Notes under the pieces: generated by a model
What the model was told of the DNA's origin: nothing
Databases searched by the model: none
The model's input: the letters and a program-made list of their open reading frames with translations, nothing else
Assembly: GCF_004010195.1 (NCBI RefSeq)
Contig: NC_057718.1
Location: 41,882,444 to 41,946,443 of the forward strand
Reading direction: 5' to 3'
Length of the DNA: 64,000 bases
Origin: Chiloscyllium plagiosum
Lineage: Eukaryota
Shown: piece by piece, positions 37,036 to 50,714 of the stretch
Numbering within the stretch: the stretch's first letter is position 1
How the letters are laid out: every line of letters starts with the position of its first letter
Position numbers and translations under genes: made by a program

Positions 37036-38451
37036 TGAAATGGCTGGTTATCAATCAGAAGTGAGAACCTGGGCTGATTTTCTACTTTCCTTTGCCCAGG
37101 ACAATTTATCATCTCACTTATTTAAATCTATATTCCAGGAATGTTAACTTCAACTAAGCAATATATTCCAAAGTTTTCACATTTCTGATTTGTAAACTGT
37201 GCATGCAATGTTCTTCCAATGTCAGCCTTGCAAAATATTTCTGTTTGCCCAAGAGCAAGTTTCAGACCTTAGTTCTGTTGGACCGCAAGGGGCCTGGAAG
37301 AATTCTAGAGTTGAGGGAGAGTTAGGGGAAAAAGATCTATTTTTAAACACAAAGTACATTTACCTGCGTCAAAGAGTGTCGCAAAGCATTGCTGATTTAT
37401 TATTTGTTTTTTTTCCATTCTTTGTGAAAGAGCAAGGTTCATTTGTTACCCGTGAGCTCCCTGGTGGTCTCATTGCTTGTCCTATATCACTTCTCTGCAC
37501 TGCTTAGCTCTGTGGCCATGACGAGCTTCAACATTCACAGCAAATACTTCATAAATAACATGTTTGTGATACTTTGACCATAGAATGAGGAGTACATAAT
37601 TATGAATATTACCAAGTCAAGTATATAGTTAGTTGCATTGCACAAGATGAAAGTGTTACAAGTGAGACTTCAAATTACATTTAATGGTATTGTTATGCAC
37701 ACTGTTGAAATGTTACATCAAAATATCTCACAAATAGACTGTCCAATGAAAACTATCTGTTTAAATGACTGGACCAACGCAGTTTCCAAACTATTGAGCT
37801 GTGTGGACTCATTACCCATGATGCTCTTGCTGGCCAGGCAATGAAGTCATTGGAGTTGGGGTGGATGCAGGGAGGCAATGAAATTGGTCTATGTCAGTAG
37901 TATTAAGCTGCTCATAGCGTCAGCTATTTTATACCGCATTTGATTTTCTTCTCAATATTGAAATCTAGCTAAACTGCTCGAGGCTGTTCCAAAATAGTTT
38001 CAATGATATTTGTGTTTTCTCAAATCAGAAACATTTGTAGTTCATTTCCTGGCTTCAAAAATCACCGATGGTTGTTATTAGCCTGCATTCAACACCACAA
38101 TACCTTGGCTCTTTTGAACAACATCTCGTCCCAAATATGCCCCAGAAATGGTTCAGCAGGTGAGCTCAATTGGTCATCTGATTGACGCCCATGATGCAAC
38201 TGGCTGATTATGTCAAGAGGATGGATGGAGTCTAGTCCTTGACCTCTTTATTCTGGTGCAGTGTCACCATGCACTGTTTTGCTTCAGAAGCTGTGGAATA
38301 TTTATCCCATTGATTCCCTAAATCTGCAAGGTTTAGTTTTGGAAGTGCTTATGAATGGCAAAAGTCCAATTGCTCCAAAAATTAGACTTTTTTACTGTTG
38401 GGCAAGACTTCTTAGTATGCTGGCATGGTACAACCACCTTTCCTTTACACA

Positions 38452-38663
38452 ACTAAAAATAGAAATTGCTGGAAAGCCTCAGCAGGTCTGGCAGCATCTG
38501 TGGAGAGAAAGCAGAATTCATGTTTTGGGTCCAGTTCTGAAGACTGATCATTGGACTTGAAACCTGCTTTCTCTCCACAGAGATGCTGCCAGAGCTGTTA
38601 AGTTTCTCTAGCAATTTATGTTTTTGATTCTGACTTCCTGCATCCACAGTTCTTTGTTTTTTT
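38452..38663. mobile_element. Palindromic Penelope-derived mini-element
   Basis: CTGGCAGCATCTGTGGAGAGAAAGCAG / CTGCTTTCTCTCCACAGAGATGCTGCCAG inverted arms; CTGAAGA...GAAA in the centre. Confidence 0.75.
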
Positions 38664-39940
38664 CTGTCCTCATATCGATGTCTATAACATGCAATCTACA
38701 TTTAACAGAATTATTCTAATCTTCGAATTGCAGCTTGTTATACTGCAGGCTCTTGTCAACAAGGAAAGAACTTGATGATTTCATATTTGACCAAAGCAAG
38801 GAGTTCTAATTCCTGGCAAGATCATTTTAAATGTTACGCTTTGCATCCTGCCAAGGTAATCTCAGAGTATCAGACTTACTTGCTAACTCCAGATCACCAC
38901 TGAATAAGTTCATAATCAATATTGGACTTGTGGGAATTGGATGCATAATCCGCTACTAAGTGCCTGGGATCATACATATTACTCCACGACTAGCAAATTG
39001 AACTGGATTACTGGATTGCTAAGCAGTCAAGTGCACAATGAACCTATCATTAAAAATAAAAAGTTAAGTCATAGTCATCTAACGAAGTGCAATAGGCTGA
39101 ACCTAATGTTAAAAAAAATACATGTATGCATTGTAAATGATATTGCATCTGTAACCAACAGATTTAAATTGGCTTATTTCCTACACATTGGCAACTCTGT
39201 CATGATATCCAAATCTCAATATTTAGAATTGGTCATTATTCATGATTTGGGCCAAATTTTAATCAGTTTGGATTTGACAGTTGTACTGCAAATGGTTTAA
39301 ATTCATCAGTAGCTCCCTATTCATATAATCTTCATTCTTCTCCCTTAAAATGTAATTGTTTGTGAATGGTGTTATGGTATTTAATATAATGTAGTTTGCA
39401 TAAGAAACATCTTTATGATGGTAAGCAGACTTAACATATTCAAATTGAGTCACTTACTACATCCCATTTATGAGAACCATTGGAATATATTGAGATGGAG
39501 TAAATGCACAACCAGAGCAAGGATTACAGAAATCAATGTACTCATGTTGACTAAAGGTGCATTTGCAAAGTTGTCTATATTCATAAAACTTTACTTATAG
39601 ATATTGATGCAAATTCTCTTTAGTAAAGTGTTTTGGCCACAGTTTCTTTGGAAGGATACTATTTTTGATGGAAATGAATGTCTGTGTATAAATACATATG
39701 GGTATGTCTGAATATAGAGAAACATGGACATAACAACATAGAAAATAAAATCAACAGTAGTATTGTGATCATGGGTGACCATCCAACTCAATAGCCTGCA
39801 TCCATTTTTCCTTCCTATCAATTAACGCCTTCAGCACCAGATGCTATATCCAACTCCTCCTTGAAATCTATGCAATGTTTTGGCCTCGACTATTTCAACT
39901 GGCAGAAAAGTCAATAAGTAGAGGACATAGATTTCACATA

Positions 39941-40370
39941 CTATAGATCACGGTGTATACGTCAATCTGGCTATAAAATCACCCCTTTTTTGTCACCAAG
40001 AGGCGTGTTTAAGTCGATATTGACGTATAAATCAAACTGGAATTTTTCAGCTGAAATTAAGTATTTGGGGATATACTCACATTAGAAGTAGGTTTCACTT
40101 TTTCTGCTCAGAGATAATTATTTAAATTTATACTCACTTCATAAGCTGGCACATGAGATCAAGTCAGTGATTCAGCTGCCAAAATGAGGCACCAAAGCTT
40201 AGGTTATGAGCACACAGGGAGAGAACTACACATGGCAGGCACAAGCAACCAAACAAAAAATGGTGTCCTCCTGAACTAAGCACATTTTACATATGATTTA
40301 GAAGTTGCTCCCAGTTTTTAGAAGGGTTTTTCAAGGATTTATAAATTCACTTATATATGATGATCTACAG
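39941..40370. mobile_element. Tc1/mariner-type MITE
   Basis: TA|CTATAGATCA...TGATCTACAG|TA; sits within an old CR1 3' fragment. Confidence 0.7.
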
Positions 40371-40718
40371 TAAGTGATGCACTGAGTTGCTTTGATTTGA
40401 AAAACATTGCCAGAAAAGCTGTTAGAAACAAATTTGATAGTATTGAAAAGAAAATTGGATAGGTGTTTTTAAAAAAAAGGAAATGTAGGGCTGTGGGAAG
40501 GAACCATATGGATGGGAGTATTTTGAGTGTTCTATCAAAAGGGCAACAGAGTCACAATGGACCTAATGATCTGATCTTGTATTAATTAGGTTTTAAACTG
40601 CATATATTATTTATCACAAAACAATTTTATGGGACATTGACTCTGGAGCAATATATTTTCAAATTGTTATTTACCCTAAAATAATGTTGTACCCTATTGC
40701 TCCAGTGTAACATAATGC

Positions 40719-41376
40719 CATGACAATGCTATGGCTTTAAGTGGTGTATTTTGTCCTTTTTTTTTATGGAGAAGTTGAGACAAAGGTAGTGAGCAGTCTG
40801 TTTCAAGCCAATAAAGTAAACAGCTTGTGAAGTCTGGAGATTTGTTTTAAGTTGAGAATAACAGAAGCAGCATGGATGGATAGAGTCAGGCTCCCACAGA
40901 ACCAGGGTTTTAGTTTAGCTTTCAGTAGATGGGGTTTTGAAGCTGCCATACAGCTCTCTCTGCTATAGCAAAATGCTTGAGTTCTCTCTCTCTGCCAGAA
41001 TGTCTCTTGATGCTTTGTCATCCTGAATTGGAGTAATACTGCATGTGACACAATCTATTTTACTGAATTCGCCTCTGCCAAGGGTGTGTTTATAGGATTT
41101 ACTGTATTGGAACAGTTGCTATTTAGTAGTTAAAATGTTTTTTTTTGTTAAGTTTTGCATTAGAGTTAATGTTAGACCAATTCTTTTTTTTTTGTTTGCA
41201 TTTTAACTGTAGAGTAAGAATAAAATATGTTTTGTTTTAAAGCCAAGTATTGTAACCAATTAAACCAATCTGGAACACATCAACTTACACTTGACTCTAA
41301 ACGGGAAAATGTTATGATCTAGGCTATCTCCTTGATGTACAAGTACTTGAAGGGGGTTTGGTCTGCTCCATTAAAA
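40719..41376 (+). mobile_element. Solo LTR (related to 58591-59602)
   Basis: Start TGACAATGCT...TATTTTGTCCTT and end TTTGGTCTGCTCCAT match the termini of the 58591 LTR; AATAAA at about 41219. Confidence 0.7.
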
Positions 41377-43064
41377 ATGACTTTATGACAAAGTTGATAA
41401 TATGTCCATTTAATACTTAGGGATCAATATAAATGAATGTGCATTCAGAGTGTGGAGGAGGGGTTATATAGAAAACTTAGGTTTCCTGAATGACACCTTT
41501 TAATTTTTTCCTCATTTTTCTATATAAAAGTTAGCCTGTTGGGTAGAAAAGCTTGTAGTAAAAGGTTTCAGCTGAGAAGTTGGAAAAAAAGGGTTCCAGC
41601 AGGGACTCGGAGCAATTGCAGTTTTGGTGACTGGGGAGAACTCATTGATAATTGGAAATAATGGCCAAGGGACAGATTGATGAGGTTTATGGTGATCATA
41701 TTGACCTACAGGAAACACTCCTGCTTCTCCAAGACCCTGAGCTGTGATACAGAGGTGTTATAGATACAACTCTACACATTTCCTTCCACCTGCAACATTT
41801 CCCTAGATCCAGAAAACCTGGTCAGTATATACGTTTAAAATAAAGCCTTTGTTAAAATGGATACATCCATCCAAAGTGATGCACTGAATAAATTACTCCC
41901 AGACAGCACTGGGAGAGGAAGATTGACTCTCACATTGGACAGGCTCCTTAAAAGGTTTTACACAACTCTGCAATCTGTCTGTTGAGAGCACCATCATTGT
42001 CCACCACTAAAACTGCTTCCAGACAGAAAACAGGAGTGAGTAGGGCTAAGGTGGTTTGGAGGCAGGTGTGAAGTCATTACATTTTCGCTTTTTACCCACA
42101 TAATTGCAGCTATCTTTGCAGAGTTGAATTACTGTCTCTGTACAAACAATTTAAATTCTACAGCATCATTATGTGGAGAACAGACCACAAAACATGTTTT
42201 TAAGAACATACGGTACAGAACAAGAAAAGACCATTAGTCACTCAAGCTTGATCTTCCCAACAAAGCGTATATAATTTGTGTAATCATGAAATCTACTCAA
42301 TTCACTTGTCTCCTGAGGCAAATGAATAACCAAAGATAAAAACTTCCAATGAGATAAAAGTTCTGTAAAGTTTCCAGCTGATCCTAAACATAAGCCAACT
42401 AAATTTCGAGATATAAATCTAACATTACAAGCTACATTTTGAACTCTGACAGTTACATTCATAAATGACAAATGTATATCCCAGAAGAACTAGAATCATC
42501 TATAATCTATGAAATCCCTTGCATATACTGCACACCTCCTTTCATCCACTTACTTCCTGTAATCTTATGCTTGTTCTACTTTACTCACAGTACTTTGCTC
42601 ATCACACGCCTATTAATATAAAGCAATGTTTATCCTTTCATTCACTTATGAAGGCGATCTGCTCCAAAGAATTTGATTATTTATTAATATGCTACAACTT
42701 AACCCTCACAAAATGCTGTATCATTGGAGTATTCTGGTTTCCCTTTCTAAATGAAATTTGCATCTATATCATTAAGCAGTAATGAGTGTTTCAAAAAGAT
42801 AATGTTATTCCCCGAAGTTTTTCAGTATATTGTGACTTTCAAGCCTCTTGTACAGTCAAGGTCTAGACTCCCAAATAAAAATGTCAGGGGACAGATGGCT
42901 TTTCAAGGGAGGGTTGAGCATCCCTATATGAGGTTGAGCTTGTTTTAGTGGACATTTATGCATCCTGACCACTGATATGCCCCACACCAACAAAGATCCA
43001 TCAGGTCTTCTTCCTCCTGACCTCATGAACATTGCAAGATCAGTGGCTGACATCTTGGCAGTAG

Positions 43065-44590
43065 TGATCCAAGTATATTGCCTGGTCTGGAGAGTTTTGT
43101 TATGAGGAGAGGTTGAATAAACTCAGATTGTTTTCACTGGAAAGATGGAAACTGAGGGGCAACCTGACAGAGGTCTATGAAATTAAGAGAGGCAGAGGTT
43201 TTGCACAAAACACGGAGGCATGGGATTGACGGTGATTTAGCAGTTTGGATCAGATGTTGGCTAGCTGAAAGAAGACAGAGGGTGGTGGTTGATGGGAAAT
43301 ATTCATCCTGGAGTTCAGTTACTGCATGGGGTACTGCATGGATCTGTTTTGGGTCCACTGTTGTTGGTCATTTATATAAATAACCTGGATGAAGGCAAAG
43401 AAGGATGGGTTAGTAAATTTGTGGATGACACTAGAGTTGTGGATAATGGTGAAGAATGTTGTAGGTTTCAGAGAGACATAGATAAGTTGCAAAGCTGGGC
43501 TAAGAGGTGGCAAATGGAGTTTAATGAGGAAAAGTGTGAAGTGATTCACTTTGGAAGGAGTAACAGGAATGCAGAGTACTAGGCTAATGGTAAGATTCTT
43601 GGCAGTGTAGATGAGCAGAGAGATTTCAGTGTCCAGGTTTGTTAAGAAGGCATACGGTGTGTTAGCTTTTACTGGTAGAGGGATTGAGTTTTGGAACGAT
43701 GAGATCATGCTGCAGTGTATATCCTTTCATTCACTGGTGCAGCCACATTTGGAATATTGCATACAGATCTAGTCACCACATTACAGGAAGGATGTGGAAG
43801 TTTTGGAAAGAGTTCAGAGGAGATTTACTAGGATGTTGCGTGGTATGGAGGGAAGGAATATGCAGGAAAGGCTGAGGGATTAGAGGCTGTTTTTGTTAGA
43901 AGAAGGTTGAGAGGTGACTTAATTGAGACATATACAATAATCAGAGGTTTAGATAGTTTGGACAGTGAGAGCCTTTTTCCATGGATGGCAATCGCTACCA
44001 TGAGGGGACATAGCTTTAAATTGAGGGATAGATATAGGTCAGATGTCAGAGGTAGTTTCTTTACTCAGAGAATAGTAGCGACATGGAACGCTCTGCCTGT
44101 AACAGTAGTAGACTCGCCAACTTCAAGGGCATTTACATGGTCATTGGATGGCATATGGACAAGAATGGAATCGTGTAGGTTAGATGTACTTCAGATTGTT
44201 TCCACAGGTCTGTGCAACAATGAGGGCTGAAGGGCCTGTACTGCACTGTAATATTGTATGTTCTGTAGGTAGGGTGGATAGTAAGAGGCTTTTTCCCAAG
44301 GTGGAAAGGTCAACTACAATAGGGCACAGGTTCAAGGTGAGAGGGGGAAAGTTTAGGGGATAAATGCAGGAAAAAGTTTTCACACAGAGGGTGGTGGGTC
44401 CTGGAATGCACTGTCAGTAGAGGTGGTAGAAGCAGGCATGTTAGCAATGTTTAAGGCGTCTGCTGATAGACACATGAATGAGAGGCGAACAGAAGGATAG
44501 AAACCACTTGTGAGCAATAGGTAGTAAGTCTAAATGAGGCGTAGGAATCGGCATAGGCTTGGTGGGCCAAAGGGCCTCTTCCTGTTCTAT
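43065..44590 (+). mobile_element. Nested CR1s: younger CR1 RT fragment (about 43195-44265) inside an older CR1 3' end
   Basis: HGIDGDLAVWIRCWLAERRQRVVVDG...GSVLGPLLLVIYINNLD...KFVDDT; the host CR1 resumes at TAGGTAGGGTGGATAG. Confidence 0.85.
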
Positions 44591-45349
44591 ATTTTATTGT
44601 ATTATTATTGTATTGTAATTGTAACTGTTGGATTCTCAATGACCATTCTTTAGTCTGTCAAATATAAAAAACATTGGTCGACGTGACGTGATCATCTCAC
44701 ACATCAGTGATGCACAGTACTCCAAGATTTTCCTTAATAACAGTCTGCTAAAGTAAATATCTGTTATTCCCTTATAAAAAGCTTCAGCCTAGGCAATACA
44801 CTGATTAATGTTATCGCACGAAAGCTTAACAGGGCCAAGGTGCTAATAAGAGGGGATCCTTTAATCCCTGGTTCCTCAGAAGATACAAAAGCCAATTATT
44901 TTCTTCCAGAACTTTATGGGAACAATTATAGGTCTGTTTGTGTATATTGGTATGCATATGGGTCGTAATGCATTTGAGAAGGTGCCGAATGAAGCAACGT
45001 GTTACCTAGTGTGGTGTGTGACAATGTGCATGTATGGATTGTGTCTATGGGGTAAAATGGAATGATTTTTTAAAGAGCGATTTGCAACCTGTCCATTTGG
45101 ATTCTGATCAAGGAGGGCAGTACATAAATTTGGTGCACCCACATTAACAGCATCATTGTACCATGGGTCCTGAAGTGTTTCCTTCTTCTTTCCCATGTGT
45201 GTTTCCCTTTGTGTTCATCAGGGAACCAAATAATATTGGTCAGATACCATATAGTGCCACCAGCTCACTCTTCTTAAAGAAAAGTTGTCCTTTTGAAATA
45301 GAAACTAAACTGAACAATAGCCATGAAATGTAGATTAACTAAAATTGAA

Positions 45350-45759
45350 TGCTACGGCAGAAAGAGGGTTCCAAAGTGATGCCAAAGGGTGAGGGGATAT
45401 CTTAATAGAATGGTGCATGATACTCTCTTTATGCATGATGCAGTTATACTTATTCCTTGCATGTTTTAACAATAACAGTCTGTGTAAACATATCATTCCT
45501 TACTACATGGAGCAACAAGATAAAGGGAACTGGGAACCCAGACAGAATGGCTGACAAGAGTTACTACAGCTACTTGCATCTCCAAGGCTGCCGGTTGAGA
45601 GAGTATGAAGTTGACAATTATAAACGAGAGCTGAAAACTCTGTATTTTGTCGAATTTCTTTGGGTAACGAAACTGGGCTTCTCCCTTGCATGTACTTCAA
45701 TAAAATCTTTGCTTGCTTGGATTGTGCAATGTTGAGAGTGGTCACTTTTCACCATAACA
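45350..45759 (+). mobile_element. 5' LTR of an endogenous retrovirus
   Basis: TGCTACGG...CCATAACA imperfect inverted termini; TATAAA about 45619; AATAAA about 45699; immediately followed by a PBS. Confidence 0.7.
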
Positions 45760-45761
45760 GT

Positions 45762-45778
45762 TGGCATAGTTAGCAGGA
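45762..45778 (+). promoter_or_regulatory. Primer-binding site complementary to tRNA-Ser
   Basis: TGGCATAGTTAGCAGGA versus TGGCGTAGTCGGCAGGA (complement of the vertebrate tRNA-Ser 3' end); all 3 mismatches fall at CpG positions; 2 nt after the LTR-terminal CA. Confidence 0.75.
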
Positions 45779-46202
45779 ACCACAAGGATTGGTCACTGGT
45801 TCCACTACAAATATTGACATTGGTAAGTGGATTTGCCTTACCATGTTTGTGTCCCTTAAGAAAGAGACACCAAACTAATCTAAACGACAATAATAGATTC
45901 AGGATTCAGATTGGAGACCCATAGGGTCACTCACCAATGTTTTTGGTAGATATGAATAAAAAGGTTTCTGGTTAACATGACTGAAGAAGGCTAGGATCCT
46001 TCAAGAAACTCAGAAAAGTGTAAAGGGTGGCCGGAAAATCAAGCAAAGAAAAGGAAGAGAAAGGAAGTCAGTTTACCTTGGTATATGCCAATGAGGAAAA
46101 TCTGAGGTCGGGAGGTTAACTCAGGAGAAGGGGGATTGTTAAAGGGGCAAGGCCAGACTTGCCTACCTTCACTAAAAGGTGGCCAGGGCATCCAAAGGAT
46201 TA

Positions 46203-46845
46203 TAGAATCATAGAGTCAGAAAGATGTTTAGCATGGAAACAGACCCTTCAGTACAACTCATCCATACCGACCAGATATCCTAACCTAATCTAGTCCCATT
46301 TGTCAGCACTTGGCCTATATACCTATAAACCTTCCCATTCATATACCCATTCAGATGCCTTTTAAATGTTACAATTGTACCAGCCTCCACCACTCCCTCT
46401 GGCAGCTCATTCCATACATGTACCACCCTTTGCATGAAAACATTGACCCTTAGGTCCCTTTCATATCTTTTCCCTCTCATCCTAAACCAATGCCCTCTAG
46501 TTCTAGATTCCCCCACCCCAGGAAAAAGACCTTGTCTATTTATCCTATCCATGCCCCTCAAGATTTTAAAAACCTCTATAAGATCACCCTTCAGCCTCCA
46601 ACGCTCCAGGGAAAACAGCCTGAGCCTATTCAGCCTCTCCCTATAACTCAAATCCTCCAACCCTGGCAACATCCTTGTAAATCTTTTCTGAACCCTTTTA
46701 AGTTTCACAACATCATTCTGATGGGAAGGAGACCAGAACTGCACGCAATCTTCCAAAACTGACCTAACTAATATCCTGTCCAGCCACAACTTGACCTCCC
46801 AACTCCGATACGCAATGCTCTGATAAATAAAGGAAAGCATGCAGA
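46203..46845 (-). mobile_element. 5'-truncated CR1 inserted into the ERV
   Basis: ORF 46280-47044: MLSFIYQSIAYRSWEV...CVQFWSP...RLKGDLIEVFKI. Confidence 0.92.
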
Positions 46846-47388
46846 ATATTATAGCTTTGGTTGAAGTAATTTTGGGGTAACTTATAAAGTAAGGCCTATA
46901 AGTATGGACACCAGGACTACTATGATCTGGGACCCAGCTTGCAGGATGCACCACAGTCAGGATCTTGTATCTGATGGTCCCATTTTGTCCAAGTACAGCC
47001 CTTCCATCTAGATTGGGAGGATCTGGACAATGTAGAAGCTGCACCTCCAGAGAAAAGGCTGAGACAGATGCCCAATCCTAACAGATCCTGGGCAGAACCA
47101 AATCTTGACCAGAATCACCCACAAGTCTTTCACTCCACACAAAAACACAAGTGGTATTAAATGATTGGGCAGTCCTAAACCCAATTGTGGCAATCCCAGG
47201 TTTTACAGGCAATTAGAGGAAGTGTAAAAGATACATAGCATTTGCAGGAAGGACATATATATCCTCTTATGAGCAAAATATCCCCAACAGAGATGATTTA
47301 TCTGTCTGGTTAATATCCAAGATGGCAGGTAGTAGCAGCAAACACTCCAATCCAACAAAGATATGATGGTCTTAAGAGCAAAGTAGGC

Positions 47389-47573
47389 GGGGAGGTGTTG
47401 GTTGTCTCAATTGGCTGGATGGCTTGTTTGTAGTGCAGAGTGACACCAAAAGAATGGGTTCAATTCCCGCACAAGCTGATGTTACCATGAAGGATCTACC
47501 TTCTCAGCCTCACTCCTCACCTGAGGTGTGGTGATCCTCAGGTTAAATCACCACCAATCATCTCTCTCGCTTG

Positions 47574-47613
<40 letters not shown>

Positions 47614-47645
47614 GTCTCTCTCTAATGAGAGAGTCAGCTTGATGT
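47389..47645 (+). mobile_element. tRNA-derived SINE with internal (CT)n microsatellite at about 47560-47622
   Basis: GGGTTCAATTCCCG B-box; family shared with 35250. Confidence 0.7.
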
Positions 47646-48103
47646 TCCTCAGGCAATGGACAGGCCAAATGGGAGCAGGACTAGGTGCCACGAAGCTCCG
47701 TGAGATCCCTGCAATGAATTTACCAGAAGTATGTGCACGGCGTATCAGGAATTCTCCAGAGCACAGAATCTCACCCAGAATGTCTGGCATATCTTCAAAT
47801 GTGAAAAGAAGGATTCAGTCAGAACCACTCAAAACTCCTACATGTGCAAATGTTTGTGGGTAATTGTTATGAAACCATCTTTCAAGTGTAAGAGGTGTTA
47901 AACAAGTGAAGTGCAGCCAAAGGCCACCACAAAGATGGCATTAACTGAAGCAATCTAACTAAGCCAGTGTACCGCCAAAGATACTTGTCACTGGATGTGG
48001 TTAAGGAGAAGCCCATCACTATGAAGTATTGATTGAAGAAGGATGGGAAGTTGAGGGCATTCCCTTAGAAGGGGAAGTGAGGAATTATTTCTAGTCAGTT
48101 CTA

Positions 48104-49185
48104 AGACATACAAGTTGGGCTGTTGTTAAAAGGAATGGTAAAATCGTGAAACAAGGAGCTCTAGGTGACGGATACTCTGCTCATGGGGCAGAACCAGTAG
48201 TGCTCATGAAGGCACTATAGAGGTATGATGGTCAATGGGCTAATGTTAATACAGATAGTCAGTACACATTTATATATGGCAGCATGGGCAAGGAAGGGAT
48301 ATATAACATCAGGAAGGATTTTAGATTAGATTACTTATAGTGTGGAAACAGGCCCTTTGGCCCAACAAGTCCACACGACCCGCCGAAGTGCAACCAACCC
48401 AGACCCATTCCCCTACAATTACCCCTTCACCTAACACTACAGGCAATTTAGCATAGCCAATTCACCTAACCTGCACATTTTTTTGGATTGTGGGAGGAAA
48501 CTGGAGCACCCAGAAGAAACCCACACAGATATGGGGAGAATGTGCAAACTCCACACAGAGAGTCGCCTGAGGCGGGAATTGAACCCAAGTCTCTGGCGCC
48601 GTGAGGCAGCAGTGCTAACCACTGTGCCACCGTGCCGCCCACAAGGGTCACCTCAAACATGAAATATTCAATCACGGCTGCAGGCAGCATGCTTTCCCAA
48701 TTAGTGACAGTAATAAGGACTGAAACCCGCTGAAGAACGGATCACTCCATTCAGATTGAGAATTAGTGGGCAGACTAAACAGCAAAAGATTCTGCTGAAA
48801 CCCTAATTCCAACTTTGGCTTTGAGGGCTGTTGGTGCCATCAGCCTTTGGATGTCAATGTTAAAACGCTGCATAAAATAATACCCCAGGAACAGCAGGAG
48901 GAATGGGAATGAGAATTGGTCTGTAAAGGAGGAGTTGGTATTTGGTAAAAGGAGGGTAGAGTGGCAGCCTCACATTGTGTCAAACAGAACTTGTTAGAAT
49001 AAGACTGCACTCCAGAGAAAGAATGCCATTTTGTAACTTTGGATTGTTATTGATGGCAGCCTGATTTGGGCTGGGACACTGCCCAATATTGTCAAAGATG
49101 TTTGATCTGTGGAAAGCGTGGAAAGGCAACGAAGGTCAATTAACCAACCAGCCTAGGCAAAAGGGCTCTTGAGAGACCCAGCAAA
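48104..49185 (+). pseudogene. pol: Retroviral pol remnant: RNase H and integrase N-terminus (interrupted by the SINE at 48322-48640)
   Basis: TSWAVVKRNG...YSAHGAEPVVLMKAL*RYDGQWANVNTDSQYTF...AWARKGYITSG; VTVIR...EN*WAD*TAKDSA; *WQPDLGWDTAQYCQRCLIC. Confidence 0.8.
48322..48640 (-). mobile_element. Young full-length HE1/V-SINE
   Basis: Minus strand GGGCGGCACGGTGGCACAGTGGTTAGCACTGCTGCCTCACGG...GGGTTCAATTCCCG; (AATCT)n tail; many CpGs retained. Confidence 0.92.
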
Positions 49186-49187
49186 TT

Positions 49188-49541
49188 AGTGTGAGTAAAG
49201 GGTCAATAGGAGAATAGCAAGTGAAGGGTTAACCTATAACCCTTAACTCTATTGACCCTTTACTGACACTGTTTAGCTCTTCTGATCACCTGAAAAACTT
49301 GTCCTGTCAACACTCTACTCTCACTATTTGTATTATCTTTTGACACTCTTCATTACCTGGATTATCTTGCAATGATCTCCCTGCCCATAAATTCAGTGCC
49401 TGTGTACTTCCCTCTACATCACCTGATGAAGGAGCAGCGTTCTGAAAGCTTGTGATTTAAAATAAACCTGTTGGACTCTCCCCTGGTGTCATGTGACTTC
49501 TGACTTTTTCCACCCAGTCCAACACCAGCACCTCCACATCA
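49188..49541 (+). mobile_element. Penelope-derived element with 5' hairpin and family B hammerhead motif
   Basis: AGTAAAGGGTCAATAG / CTATTGACCCTTTACT hairpin; ATCAC-CTGATGA-...-GAAA-GCT-T-GTGAT gives a 5-bp helix I. Confidence 0.8.
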
Positions 49542-50714
49542 TTATAGTGACAATGCAATGCTTTAATATGGCAGCTTACAGCAATCAGAAACCCACCAAA
49601 TGCCCAGCTAAGTCTCTCTACGAATGGGATGATTTGAATGATTATGATGATTACCTCAGATGGGGGCCACAATTTGAGAAACCTTGTCTCATTTTTGTCA
49701 GCTGACTATGACAATCAGGTTGTACCCCTCGATTTGGCAAAACAAAAATGATGGTACTTCGTCCGGGATGATCAGACTCTCAGAATCTCAGGAGTCCAGT
49801 TTACCCAGAAGGTGAGGGAGAAGTCAAGCTTATTAGGAGCTATGGAGGGTTTGTGAGAAATGCTAATGCTGATTTAATTCAGTATAAATCTCTGGTGTGA
49901 ACAATTATACCTTCTGAGTGGTTAGTGACAGCACAGGAGGACTGCAATTTGCAGCCAAGGGAACTGAAAATGTACTAATAGTCATACAGATCCAGAGGAG
50001 GTTGTAACAGGAAGATTAAAGATACTAACTTAGATCATTTTGAATACAATTGATTCATAATCCAAGAGAAGGGAATGTGAAATGTTTGTTCAGAAGTACA
50101 CAGATAAGGTCAGGTCTGATATTGAGAACAAAAGATTTGAAACTGTACCCCAGCATGTACATTAGGTTTTGAAAAGACTGCATCTTAATAATTTACAGCA
50201 AGGAAGACAGGAATGACAGTTACACAGCCTGTAGGTGGAGGAGCATAGAAGAAATTAAATTCCTGATGATTGTGCAACAAGAACATGCTAATGGAACTTA
50301 CTTGGAGAATGCAAATTTGAATCCCTGGAAGTGGAGAAGGGTGGGTGGATGTATCAGGTGGGATCCCAGGGATTACATCCCCATAATTGAAAGCCCTTTT
50401 TGATGACAATGTGGAATGTTATACTGCATCATAACATTCTATCCACTGTTCCTGTGTTGAAATCCTTCAGTAATGATTATGCCATAATGGTATTGGTTAG
50501 TCATCTTGTAAAGGTTTTTATGGCAGTCCAAACTTCCCCTATGTGGTGGTGCTCTTGGAGAAATAGGATAAGGTCCATTTATGGAGAGTTCAAGTCTGAC
50601 AACAATCATATCTTCTGCTTATATGTGGCTGACCACTTTACTGTGGAACACTTTCACCTTGCAGATAGGGTTCTCTGTCAGGCTAGGGGTAAAAGACAGT
50701 TTGGTTGCCCCTCA

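Noticed and set aside
46280..47044. 254-aa ORF as a novel fusion protein
   Set aside because: Chance read-through from antisense ERV sequence into a CR1 fragment.
48560..48640. tRNA gene
   Set aside because: The A/B boxes belong to SINE heads that run into SINE cores; the same applies at 24982, 47389, 52360 and 57570.
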